A stretch of DNA of 64,000 bases from Mytilus californianus. Lineage: Eukaryota. Both the position numbers and the translations under genes were made by a program. This document shows, in pieces, positions 1 through 11,395 of this stretch. The stretch covers positions 1,736,001-1,800,000 of the forward strand of contig NW_026262666.1 of the NCBI RefSeq assembly GCF_021869535.1. The letters run 5' to 3'. The first letter of the stretch is position 1, and every line of letters starts with the position of its first letter. The notes beneath the pieces are model-generated. The model saw nothing but the letters and a program-made list of their open reading frames with translations. It was not told where the DNA came from and did no database searches.

Positions 1-480
1 ATCCTACAACTGCTGTTGGCATATACATCATTAACACAACTGCAAATAGACGATTAACTACAATACCCTTCCCTTTTCACGAATGTGACCTACCGAATTA
101 GACTATTTACCGGATTTGTAATAACATAAGCAACACGACGGGTGCCACATGTGGAGCAGGATCTGCTTACCCTTCCGGAGTACGCTTCACAAGATCATAT
201 TTAGCAAATTTGCAACACTGAGGTATGTTTAATGGGGAAAAAAATGCCATGATTTTGGCTAAATACCATAAGATTTAAATGCTCCAAAAAGGCGAAAGCA
301 AGAGCACCTGAGATCACCCCCAGTTTTTTGTGGGGTTCGTGTTGCCTAGTCTTTAGTTTTCTATGTTGTGCCATCTGTACTATTATTTGTCTGTTTGTCT
401 TTTTATTTTTGGCCTTGGCGTTGTCAGTTTGTTTTCGATCTATGAGTTTGACTGTCCCTCTGGTATCTTTCGTCCCTCTT
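1..480 (+). mobile_element. 3' terminal fragment of a Penelope-like retroelement family, interrupted by a short insertion
   Basis: Same sequence (gaatgtgacctaccgaattag...caacacgacgggtg...ggagcaggatctgcttaccct...gtctttagttttctatgttg) follows the Penelope-like RT fragment at 31575-32290 and recurs at about 37195-37395. Confidence 0.55.
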
Positions 481-1341
481 TTTTAACGCTTCACAGGATC
501 ATATTTAGCAAATTTGCAACACTGAGGTATGTTTAATGGGTAGTTGAATTCACTAAACACCCCCGATTTGGGAAATGGGTCAGAATTAGAAAAGAAATTC
601 CCTCGAACAACTGCCTCAGTTTTCACATATAAAAAGTAAATAAGATGTTTGATTTTTTTTCTTTCTTCTTTGAGATTGTCGTTGTAGAAATTTACCGCAT
701 GTAAAGCATAATGTACAACATTGTCGATACGAGATTTCATGATAATTGAAAAAAATTAATAATAAAGCGTGAAAAATAATGTACCAATCGCAGTTACTTT
801 TAATCAAACAAGCTAGTTTGAAGATTCACCCCTTCTAATGACAGATCAAACTTTCTTCACCAAACTTTGGGAAGCAAATTATTTTACACCCACTAACACC
901 CAACACTTATATACATGTAACACAAGGGGGAAATCGAAAACAATGTGTTAAAGACAAAATCAGAGAACATCTTTGAACAAATAGAAACGACAGTTAGCAT
1001 AACAAACAGAAAACTAAGACAAAGCGACACAAACCAACCACTCTTTAACCCGCGGTGATGCTGTGGATGGATATTCGGATCTGCTTCATTAGTAACAACC
1101 GCCATGTTATTCCCGTTAAAAGCCACGGGATTATACATTATAAAACAGTGGATTGGCTTTTCTAACACTACGTCAATATGTATACATCATCTGTCTTATA
1201 AATTTTCTAGCTGATAGCTTGACCAAATTTGAAAATTTAAAATGAAAACGGTTTAATTTACTATGGTAAGTGCCTTATCCGATAGATCACCACTAAAGCT
1301 CGAACTATTTACCATGGAGATAACAAAGCTTACAAATTTAC

Positions 1342-4300
1342 TTGCATATCCAAGGAAAGCTGCTTTTTTGAAATCTTCCTTTTTCTTCATGTCATTTATT
1401 ATGGTAGGCAGTACCGAATGACCACTAACAGCAAACACCATTGTTCCGAATGATGTAGAAAACTTAAGCGGGTCTGTAGTTGAATGGGAAACAGGCTTGT
1501 GTTGGTCCTTGTCGTTTAGTGACTGGATAATTATCAAAATACACGCTATACCGGTGGTAAACGTGGCTCCCACGCCTATCGGCCTGTAATAAAAGGATGC
1601 AATAATGGTTGTTTAGTGAATTCCATAAAAAATGAAAATTAATTACTAGTAGCATTTCGTGGAGAAAAACATCACGGAAATAGTTTCGTAGTTCCCTTCA
1701 CAGTATGTTTAGATTAATATAAAACTTACATTTTCTTTTTTTTTTTTGTTTGGTGGAGGTGGTGGGGTCAAACAGTTGGTTTCGAGTGTATATCTTTTTA
1801 ACAAGGAATCATAAAATAGTGCGTCATGGCTGTCCCTTTCTTGATTAAACAATCTACCTATTGCACTAAAAATCAGTTAATAATACTAAACATAAATATT
1901 ATTTTACCAGAAATCTGTTGGTGTTCCAAAACATATAAGTGGTGCTAGGACTCCGGCTAATATGATTAGCCAATAGCACAAAGATATATCTTTTGTCACT
2001 TTTGCCAACAACGTCTCGATGTTTCCAGCAGCTAACACCATATATACCACAGCACTGCCATAGTTGTAGATGTTCATCACAACGTTCACAATGTTTCTAT
2101 AATAATTGGATAATAAAACAGATAACTCAAAATTATTCTCTTACACATATGGTTCGCATATGCTTGAAATCATGTCGATATTCCCGTGGCATCGTAATTG
2201 CAAAAGGCGCGGGAATCACCAATGATACTGCGCTAATAATTCACAACACCAGACGCGCGTTTCGTACGCATATACTTAACTAGTAGCGCTCGAATCTAAA
2301 CAGCTAAAAGGCCAAAAATGAATTACGAAGTTGAACAACATTTATAAACAAATTAAAAAAAAATTCAAAGGTTGCGTCAAACTAAAACGAAAAGCAAAGT
2401 ACATGTAGTCTGTTGGCTTTTTGTCAAGCTTCGAATAATAGCAGACGTTTGACGACATAGAATAAAGTGTTTTATAGGGTTGATCTTATTCCTGGAGAAA
2501 TTTATCTTTGAAAGTTAGCAGATAAGCATATCAGCTTATCCGAACGTACAAAACAGGGTTCTAATAATTTTAAAAAATTTAATATGATCTCGACCTGAAT
2601 ATTTTTGAATAATTTCCTTGTGAAGGTTTATAAACAAATCATTTTAATGAGCGCTTGGGCAATTTCTTGTTTATTAGCATCATGCCATGAGTTAATTATT
2701 ATAATACTAAAGATTAGTTTTTAAGGTTTTGTCTGCTCTATTTTGCGTCTGTTGATTTTATTTTTGATGTCATTTAAGTCGTATTCGGTAAGAGGACGGA
2801 ATTCTGGCTACGACAATTGGAACGTACCCATGGCCCTCTGTGACAAGATATTACATAATGGTCAAACCCCCAAGGGTGACTGGGGAATAGAAATATGGTC
2901 ACCATTGGTCTTCCTCCGACCGGCGGTAAAACCCTCGCTAAAGTGGGGCGTCCGTTTGGCTGTGCGGGATGTACAAGTTCGCAGTCACGTCCGGTCAGAA
3001 TGGGGACGTTAAATCCGATGCCTCGTGTAAAGAGAGTGCCACGCTCTTTGCACGTTAAGAACCCTTGCAACAACTCTTTGAGGGGTCCGTAGGTGGCCTG
3101 TTGCAAGGCTAAATTTCTGTCCTATCCAATATACCCTCATTTCCTGTGGCAGTCTAAATTTCTCCGACCTTAATCCCGGAAGCCCCTATTACAGAACCTA
3201 CCTATTGTATTTATTGTTAATTTGTTCTCGTCCTGAATATGCATGAAATATTTGCCACTGGACGTTAAGCAACCAACAATCAATCAATCAATCATAATGG
3301 TCAAATTAATTTTGGGTCTGTCAAACTTGAGAAGAGATGACCCAAACTTTAAAAATAAGAACATTTGGTTCAATAAATTCTAGTATGTTGCAATTTTCCG
3401 GCAAAAAAAAAACCTGTTCGGAAACGACAAATCTGCATACCCCGGGAGATATATGCTCACTATGCAGGCGCTGTATGAATGTTGCTATTTAACATGATAT
3501 ATCTAAAATGTACAAATATCCTTGTTTGAGATGTGTGGACTTTAATGAAGAATATTATACTACCCTTTAATTACATGTAGTAATCCGTATACTAGTATAT
3601 AGATTTTAGTTAAAATTTACCTATATAACAATATTACCTTCCTCTTCTGCCATATGCTTTCTCCCCAATTACTGGATAAGGATCTGGCACATGTGATCGA
3701 TATTCTGGATACCGTTCTTGAATGATTACCCACGATTCACCAATTAATGTGGCAGTGTATGTAGAAAATATTCCAAAGACAATAATCAAAATGAACCCGA
3801 TCCAACCTGTATAATATTATACTGAAAATCATTATGTAAATAGAAAATAATATACATGAAACAAATTATTCCAAAAACATGTAAAATTGATGTCTTAGAA
3901 AAACTCATCAAAAGATTAGATGATGGTTAAAAAATTTTATGAGTTAGATAAATGGTCTAAAGATTTCTTAGAATTAACAAATATTTATTTATAGAAATGA
4001 CAAGATATGGTACAGTTGCCAATGAGACTGCTGTCAGCCAGAGACTAACTGACGAGGTATTAAGGAATGTTTTTATTACTCCTCTATCTAAAAATTATTG
4101 ATTTAGATTTTTTGCAAATAAATTCCGTTGATAACAATGGAATACAGACTACAATTTCAGGATAAAGATTAGGGTGGGTTAACGGTATCTTTTAATTCAT
4201 TTTTCTTGTGGACTATTTATGAATTGACAAGATAAAAACGCAATTTTTGTCTTAAACTTCCAAAAACTCTTATAAACTGTAATTCAATAATATATTACCT

Positions 4301-4796
4301 GTATCTTCAACAGCTTTTGGTAGGGCTAATACGCCACCACCTGCTATATTTCCTACGATAAAAACAGACGTCGTCCAAACTGTAAGGCCATGTTTATTGT
4401 TCTGTAAAATAATAGGTTCCATTTTATAGCGTGTGGGTCCGTATACATGTTATTACATGAAGCAATGCGATTGGAGGTGTGTTTGATTCCGTCTACACTT
4501 ATCTGATGAACACAATTGACGAATTATTCAATGAAAATACTTTACTTATCAAGGATAAAGCTATCTATTTTCAAGTTGAGTTATTAAAAATCTGAAGTGG
4601 GAACATATTTGTTCTATTTATTTCCCTATTTGCTATAATTAGTGTGTACATGAATATTGATAAAATGCAAAAACAGTTTATTTATACATTATATTATTTC
4701 TGTTTAGTTTTGTTTGTGATTTCCACGGTTTTCTCAGACATTTTAACATAACTTCAAGTTTTCTTTTACCTCTTGTATCAACGTCCACTGTTCCAT
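1342..4796 (-). CDS. Amino acid transporter, Aa_trans/AAAP family (SLC32/36/38-like), paralog A, 5' part; remaining exons lie left of the window
   Basis: Phase-consistent GT-AG exons 4770-4796 (MEQWTLIQE), 4299-4401 ([34 protein letters not shown]), 3638-3806 ([10 protein letters not shown]...[13 protein letters not shown]), 1908-2096 (...[14 protein letters not shown]), 1342-1583 ([11 protein letters not shown]...[17 protein letters not shown]...). Exon lengths match paralog B (169 and 189 nt; 242 vs 245 nt). Confidence 0.92.
2867..3292 (+). mobile_element. 5'-truncated SINE-like retroposon with (AATC)n tail, in an intron of transporter A
   Basis: 13-bp TSD cataatggtcaaa at 2854-2866 and 3293-3305; GC-richer body; 3' end ggacgttaagcaaccaacaatcaatcaatcaat. 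Confidence 0.8.
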
Positions 4797-5059
4797 CTCT
4801 TTTTATCTAAAAAATGAAAAAGCCAATTCTTGTCAAAAACATAAAGAGCAATTAATCCCCGCTATATCGTATAAATGTTTTCTCATATTTATGCAAAAAT
4901 TTAATAAATTCAACACATTTGATTGATGATCAGAAACTTAAATTAACGGAAAATTCTCGGACATAATAATAGAACGAAAATGGATAACAGAAATTTCCAA
5001 ACATACTGGGCAGGGTTTAATATTCATCTGAGTACTTACATAAATCAATACATATATAT

Positions 5060-6968
5060 ATTTATTTATTTAGAAACTACCCCTTTACAACGGGGGACAC
5101 TCATATGTCATTTTCAGAGCTAAAAATTGGTACATTATAAAATAAGACATCTTACATAAGAAAAATACACATTATGTACAATATTAAAATATGAACTAAA
5201 CTAAGAGTTACGTAAACATATTACATAAACAAAAAACATTTAAAGTTTAGGTTCCAAAACCAAAGATCTCTGAGTGTGCATTTCGCTCAACATTTTCTTA
5301 CTTAAACTGTCCAAAGTATTACTGATGTAAGGATCAATCTGATAAAAATAATCACCAATAAGTATTTGTATTTTATCGTAGGACGATAACTCTGTGAAGC
5401 AGAGGCCCGGGAAAGTAAAACTTAGATATTCATTTATATCAGAACACTCTAGAAGGCAATGTTCAATAGACTCGTCAGAATTACATAAACATATTTGGCA
5501 AGTGTGACTCTCGCTAAGATTCATCCTATACAAGACTTGGTTCACAGGTAAACAATTTGTACGTGTTAACAATTTTAGTCTTGCAGACTTAAAGTCCAGC
5601 AAGTTCGACAGATAGGGTTGCCTTCCTTGTGCAAAATTAAATTTGGAGAAAATATCTAGACTGCTTTTATCATTTATTTCTTGATATTCCCTTCTACGAA
5701 CAAACCTTCTAAGAAACTGTTTAAATATATTAGAGTTAACATTCGAGTTGTAAAAGTGATCCAGACCAACCATATTAAATAAATTTATCATATGTTGCGG
5801 ATAATTCCACCCCCTTTGAAACGTTAGGGACTTAAGTTCTTCAAATACAAGTCGACACAATGTACGTGTGCCAAGACCTTGAATCCTAGCAAAATAAGAC
5901 ACCCTTTGTCTATCAAGAAAAACGTTTATAGGCTCCCATCCCAAGTCTAGGAAAAGGGCAGCTTTTGGGATATTCATCTTAGTATTAAAAATCAGTTTCG
6001 CCGTTTTATATTGCCATGTTTCAAGTATTTGTTGACTTGAAGCAGATGACGGTAGCCATACGGCATATCCGTGTGCTAGAGACGGTCGGATGACCGAGTT
6101 CCAGAGAGCATCCCTAAAAGATATGCGATTAAAAGATCCGTGCATGCTCATTAAGTAGCTAAGTCATATAATTCAGTTTGCGCTCGAAAATATCTTTTAA
6201 GAAATGATTGATATGGTAAGCAAAGGTCAAAGAGCGGGTAAAATAAACTCCAAGATATTTATATTCATTAGTCTCGTCCAAATGCTCGTTTCCTAGGTAC
6301 CATTTCTTAGTTTTATCTCAGCGTTTGCCTACTATCATAATCTTAGATTTGTTTGGGTTAAACTTTAAATTCCACTTTGATGCAAATTTTGCTGTTATAT
6401 CTAGCAGACACTGCAGTTCCTTCTTTGACTTCCCGATAAGAACCATATCATCAGCAAACATCAAACAGTTCAAAATTTGTGAAGAGAGCTCGACGCCCAA
6501 ATTACTGGTTTCAAGCATACCTATGAGGTCATTCATTAAAACAGAAAAAAATGTTGGAGACAAAACACAGCCTTGTTTCAAGCCAAGTTCTTGGTCGAAG
6601 AAACCTGTTTCACTAGCATCAATCAAGACTTTATTTGATACATTGCTATAAAGAGATTTGAGCAATTTTCAGCACTTGCCTTGAATGCCATTTTTCCACA
6701 ATTATAGATAGAAAAGGCCATCTCGCCAGACTCTATCAAAAGCCTTGGACAGGTCTAGGAAAGCGAGAAACGTTTTATGTTTTTTTAGCTTTACGAATAG
6801 AACAAATACCTTGCAGTGTAAAAATATGGTCCTCGGTTCTTCTGTTTTTTCGAAATGCTCCCTGGACCTCGCCTAAAATATTATTTTCTTCCAAATGGGA
6901 CATTACAGATTCTTCCAAAATTTTTGCATATACTTTTTAAACATTAGAAGTAAGCGTGATACCTCTGT
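5060..6968 (-). mobile_element. 5'-truncated, degraded non-LTR retrotransposon (LINE) RT and C-terminal region
   Basis: RT motifs YRGITLTS, FLDLSKAFDRVW, LKQGCVLSP, LMFADD; C-terminal CQIC...HCLLEC; frameshifts near 6150-6320 and 6670-6800; (TAAA)n tail near 5060. Confidence 0.9.
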
Positions 6969-7865
6969 AAAGGAGATGTAGTATGATTAACAATGAGACA
7001 AATATCAACCAGAGTCAAAACTAATGACGTGCACTTAAGCAACTATAATGTGTCATCATAGGGCCTTCAACAATAAAAAAAAAGTATTTGAAAGTTGTGC
7101 AATTTGTTTAACAGAAACAATTAAAAATCTGACAACAACCGAGAAAATGTGTACTACACAGAAATTCAAACCTTAATCATACATATACAACTTTATAAAT
7201 CAGTGGTTTTTCAAACGCATAAATTCTGACAAATTCCAGGTCAAATCATATTGTGTTTTCATATGTAAGAAAACAAAATCCACAACTAAAATTTTGCCAA
7301 TCATTACGCAATATAAATAAAAAGAGGTGTGGGACGAGCTTCAAATTTACGTGAATGAAAAAACCAACCCAAGAATATGCTAAAAACGACAATAGTAATC
7401 GAATGTCAACAAGTTGTCCTATACCTTTGTTATATCGTTCGATGGTTTAGGTACTAGTAATTGGATTAGCTGACGGATCGGAGTACCATATGACTGCTCG
7501 GTTTGAGTTCAAATACGGTTTTGTGAATGATAAAATGGCTTTGCATGCATGAACTGCAATGTATGTAAGACGGTTCATCAAAAGTTTTTTGATTGGTTCC
7601 TCTGGCACTTTCGCGCCCTTTGCCGCCTTTAAAAAAACCTTATCAAAGATATCAGCTGGTCTATGACAATAATACTAAACGGACCCATATGATATTATAA
7701 TGACCTGAGGAACGTGGTGTTAATTAGAAAAAATATTAATCAATTGATTCATTCAAGACACCAGGTGATGACAATATATAGATCGCGTTGAAAGACGGGT
7801 TGTGATTTGAAGTAAATTGACATTATGTGACTTTTCTGCTCAAATGACGGATGATGGCAATTTAC

Positions 7866-8420
7866 AGAAGGAGATGTGGTATGATTGCCAATAAGACAAC
7901 TATCCACAAGAGTTCAAAAGAAGTGGATGTAAGCAATTAAAGGCAACCGTACGGCCTTCAACAATTAGAAAAAACCCATACCGTATAGTCGGCTATAAAA
8001 GGCACCAACATGAAAAATATGAAACAATTCAGTTGAGAAAACTAACGGCATTATTTATAACAAAACAATTTACGGAAAACAAAAATGACACGAACCAAAG
8101 ACAACCACTGAACTTCAGGCTCCTGATTTGGGACAGGAATATAAAGAATGTGGCGGGGTTAAAAATGTTGGTGAGCGCTCAACCCTCCCCTCAACCTGGG
8201 ACAGTGGTTTTACAGCACAGAAGAACAAAGTATAAACAACAGTTGAAAAGGGCTTGACTCATTAGATCGATACAAAGAAGAATAACATCAAACAAAACAC
8301 AGACCAGACGTGGCAGGATATTTATATATCTCTAACAACAAAAAAGACACAAAGTATAGATCTGAGAGTACTCGCAGTTACTGACAGCTAGTCAAAAGCC
8401 AATAATAACTAATGAAAAAA
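7866..8420 (+). repeat. Abundant dispersed repeat (gatgtggtatgattgccaatgagacaact... family)
   Basis: Related copies or fragments at 6971-7070, 9168-9263, 20880-21280 (minus), 24595-24855, 25415-25680, 42195-42320, 50080-50215, 62255-62310, 63630-63680. Confidence 0.8.
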
Positions 8421-9263
8421 ATCTAGTCTTTATGAAATAATCAGTATTTAGGTCTTCAGACAGTGATCATATTGATTAAAATAAACAATTTGAAAATATA
8501 CATACTTATATATTCTATTGCACTATTGTTGAGAATTACGACAATCAGTCATGATAGTTTAACTGCACTGTCATTTCTATAAATCAGTTTACACATTATT
8601 ACATATACATTTACACAACAATTTTATCAGAACAAACAATATGAGATACTGTTTATCAGGTTATTTTCACGTCGAGATTTGTTTGCGTTAAGGTCGTTGA
8701 AGGGACAAATACATCGTCGTCGTGTTCATTCTACGCCTTTTATAGTTTTGTTATATATATTTGAATGGGCAGTGCAATATTGCGCAGAGCTACTTTTGCG
8801 TAAAAATGTCTACTGCAAACGTAGCGTTTAATAGACATATGAACAAATGAGTAGATTCACGAAGCTTTAAAAGTGGCCTTGAGAATTGGATGTTTTTTTT
8901 AATCTGGCCTAAATACCAGAGATACAAAATATCTTCTGTAGTACATGTTGTGCCTGTATGAAGTAAGGCTATCTAGATCTTGTGTTTATCGTTGGTTTTT
9001 GTCTTTCTTGGTCTCTGGTGGATAAGTGTCTCATTTACAATCCTACCACATTATTTATTTTCTTGTTTGTTTTTCTTTTCGTCGTCTTTCTTTTTTGCGA
9101 TGGCGTTAGCACTCGCGTAACAACAATAGACGAAAACGACCACTACCAACCGACGCCTCTAAATAACAAGGAGATGTAGTATGATTGACAATGAGAAAAT
9201 ATCCAAAAGAGTCAAAATAATGGCATGCATGTAAGCAACTATAATGTGTCATCGTAGGGCCTT

Positions 9264-10510
9264 TGTGAACGTGGAATAGTTCGTTTTGGTTTGTTTGTTG
9301 GTATATGGCTATAATAGCTGGAATGAAAAACCAATTCTTTGTAAAATAATAGATCTTTATTAATTGCTGGTCAATGTTCAAGTGCATACATGATAAACAA
9401 TACATAATAAGTTCATACATATATAATTGAAATAACATTAATTATTTAAACTGAATGCATAATAATATAAAGATGGAACATATATATTCGCATTGTAAAA
9501 CAATAAAGATAAAATGGGGGAGCTAACTAGCTCAATTAAATTAATGTGCTGATGCCAAATAATGTCAACATGAGTGAGACAAGGGCCTCTTTTTGAATTT
9601 TGATAAGTGTTGCCATGGTAACCAAATAATTTACTTTAGAACTAAGTTAAATTAATGAAGTGTAAACAGAACATTATTAATTTAAACACAAGAGTATAAA
9701 ACATTATACTTATATACAACAATGAAATCTGAACAATAAAAATGTATATGGCTACAAGGAGAGAATTGCGCTTTATTTTCATTTCTAGTTCTGACTTTAA
9801 AACAACCATTTATACATGATTCGAATGCATACTTAAACTGTCTTAATTACTAAATCAATATACACAACTCTGGTTGTTACCTTTGAGCCTTCATAGTGAA
9901 TAAAATGCACATTCTTAATAATTTTGCATTTGACGCAGTGTTTATTTTATTCTTAAAAGTGGAGATAACTCTGTTAAATACAGCTTAATATCGCTCTGTT
10001 TTTCAACATAAAAAATGGAATGAAACGTACCATAACTACTTGCGCTTTATGATCAGATTCAAATTAACTACTAAATAACTCAATAAAAATACCGACGCTA
10101 AAGAATATTTACACGATAAAGCAAATGACTAAAATAAGTAAGTCTTTTCTTTCAAATACTTAAACATTATGAAATATCAAAATATGTGACAAAGTCGCGT
10201 TATTTAAACATTGCAATTATCTAATTATTAAAAAGAAGGATAAAAAATGCTAAATTCAATAATAGGAAACATAAAGACTTTGTCTCTAAAACATGACTAT
10301 TTACATTAGAAAATTCTGTAATTGTAAAAATACTTTTAACTTCAAATAAGCTGTTACGACTGCAACTATACCCTTTTTAGTTTCTAATATCTTAACATCT
10401 AGAGAATTATCATTTAAAATATCAATGCATAAAACATGAAAATATTCATTTAAAAATATCAACTTATAAAACTTAAAGTTACACTCACCTGGAATGAAAA
10501 ACCAATTCTT
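9264..10510 (-). repeat. Non-coding 3'-terminal extension beyond the shared LTR segment, absent from the 5' end
   Basis: Lies inside the TSD and ends in ...CGTTCACA; a 67-bp direct repeat at 9318-9384 and 10489-10555 includes the last 45 bp of the LTR. Confidence 0.8.
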
Positions 10511-11024
10511 TGGAAAATAATAGATCTTTATTAATTGCTGGTCAATGTTCAAGTGACCACAATTTCATAAAATACAAATTTTGTTTCATTCCCAGGTGAG
10601 GCCCAATTAGGTAAAATAATTATATACACAAAGGAAAATATCTCATAAACCCTGTCACTGGCCCCATGTCACCTAAGAGCTAAAATCTATGATAGCGTGG
10701 TCTTAATCCGGACATGCTAATCCAACATATAGTCAAAGGTTACATAATATTTGCTATCGCTAATAGATAATATAATAAACTCTAATTTATAGCTTTTGTA
10801 AATCTTTTGTAGAAAAATGACAATTTATAGCTATTTTATTTCTTTGTCTAATTCTGGTATTTTATATAATCTCTTTAAAAATTAACTTATAAATTCGGGT
10901 GACATGACGACAGTGAAATTCTTTTTATTTATAAAATAAATTAAAACTCATTTCTATTAAAACTATAGTAAAAATAAGTAAAAGATCTATAAGAAAAAGT
11001 GATGGTGCATTTTTCCTTATCACA
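10511..11024 (-). repeat. 3' LTR, 514-bp segment shared with the 5' LTR
   Basis: Identical to 19405-19918 except two positions by eye (g/t at 10513, t/c near 10715); begins TGTGATAAG on the minus strand; AATAAA at 10527-10532. Confidence 0.95.
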
Positions 11025-11040
11025 AATATCCCCGTCATTA
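11025..11040 (-). other. Polypurine-tract-like plus-strand primer site
   Basis: AATGACGGGGATATT immediately precedes the TG start of the 3' LTR on the minus strand. Confidence 0.6.
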
Positions 11041-11395
11041 AAGATTCTTTGTCCTCAAAGAACATAAGAAATAAAGTAAAAAAATCCAAATATCTAAAAG
11101 TTTCCCTCTGGGATCAAGTCAACATACACTTCTGAAATACATATTTGCAACAAGTCACATGAATACAATAGGATATTGTGCCCTTTTTCAGCATACACGC
11201 ATACAATTCAAATATTAATGTTTTATGTCACACAATGTAAAATTTGAATAAATAGGTATATCTGTGAAAGAATTGTATCGTACCAGTGTTCATATTGAGG
11301 CAATTCACATTACTATGGCAATCAATAAACAACCTTGAAAAAATTGTTGTGTACAACTAAAATGTATGATGTGAATGGTGATTTAAAAATGTTTC

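Noticed and set aside
182-541. About 55-bp direct repeat at 182-236 and 487-541
   Set aside because: Small local duplication into a repeat; no sign of function
893-1168. 91-aa minus-strand ORF with a hydrophobic stretch, downstream of transporter A exon 5
   Set aside because: Does not resemble the expected next exon (VLLMYIP...) seen in paralog B and has no recognisable motif; treated as a chance ORF
2240-2295. Degenerate hammerhead remnants (here and at 58735-58785, minus strand)
   Set aside because: CUGAUGA core is mutated in both; inactive relics of Penelope-like repeats
7447-7674. 75-codon stop-free minus-strand frame (YYCHRPADIFDKVFLKAAKG...)
   Set aside because: No recognisable protein, and the homologous block at 35555-35810 does not preserve the frame
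9336-10511. Alternative element ends at TTTTACA/TTTTCCA (9340 or 10511) with TCTT as a near-match TSD
   Set aside because: The empty-site paralog near 7060 and the exact CCTT duplication place the boundary at 9264
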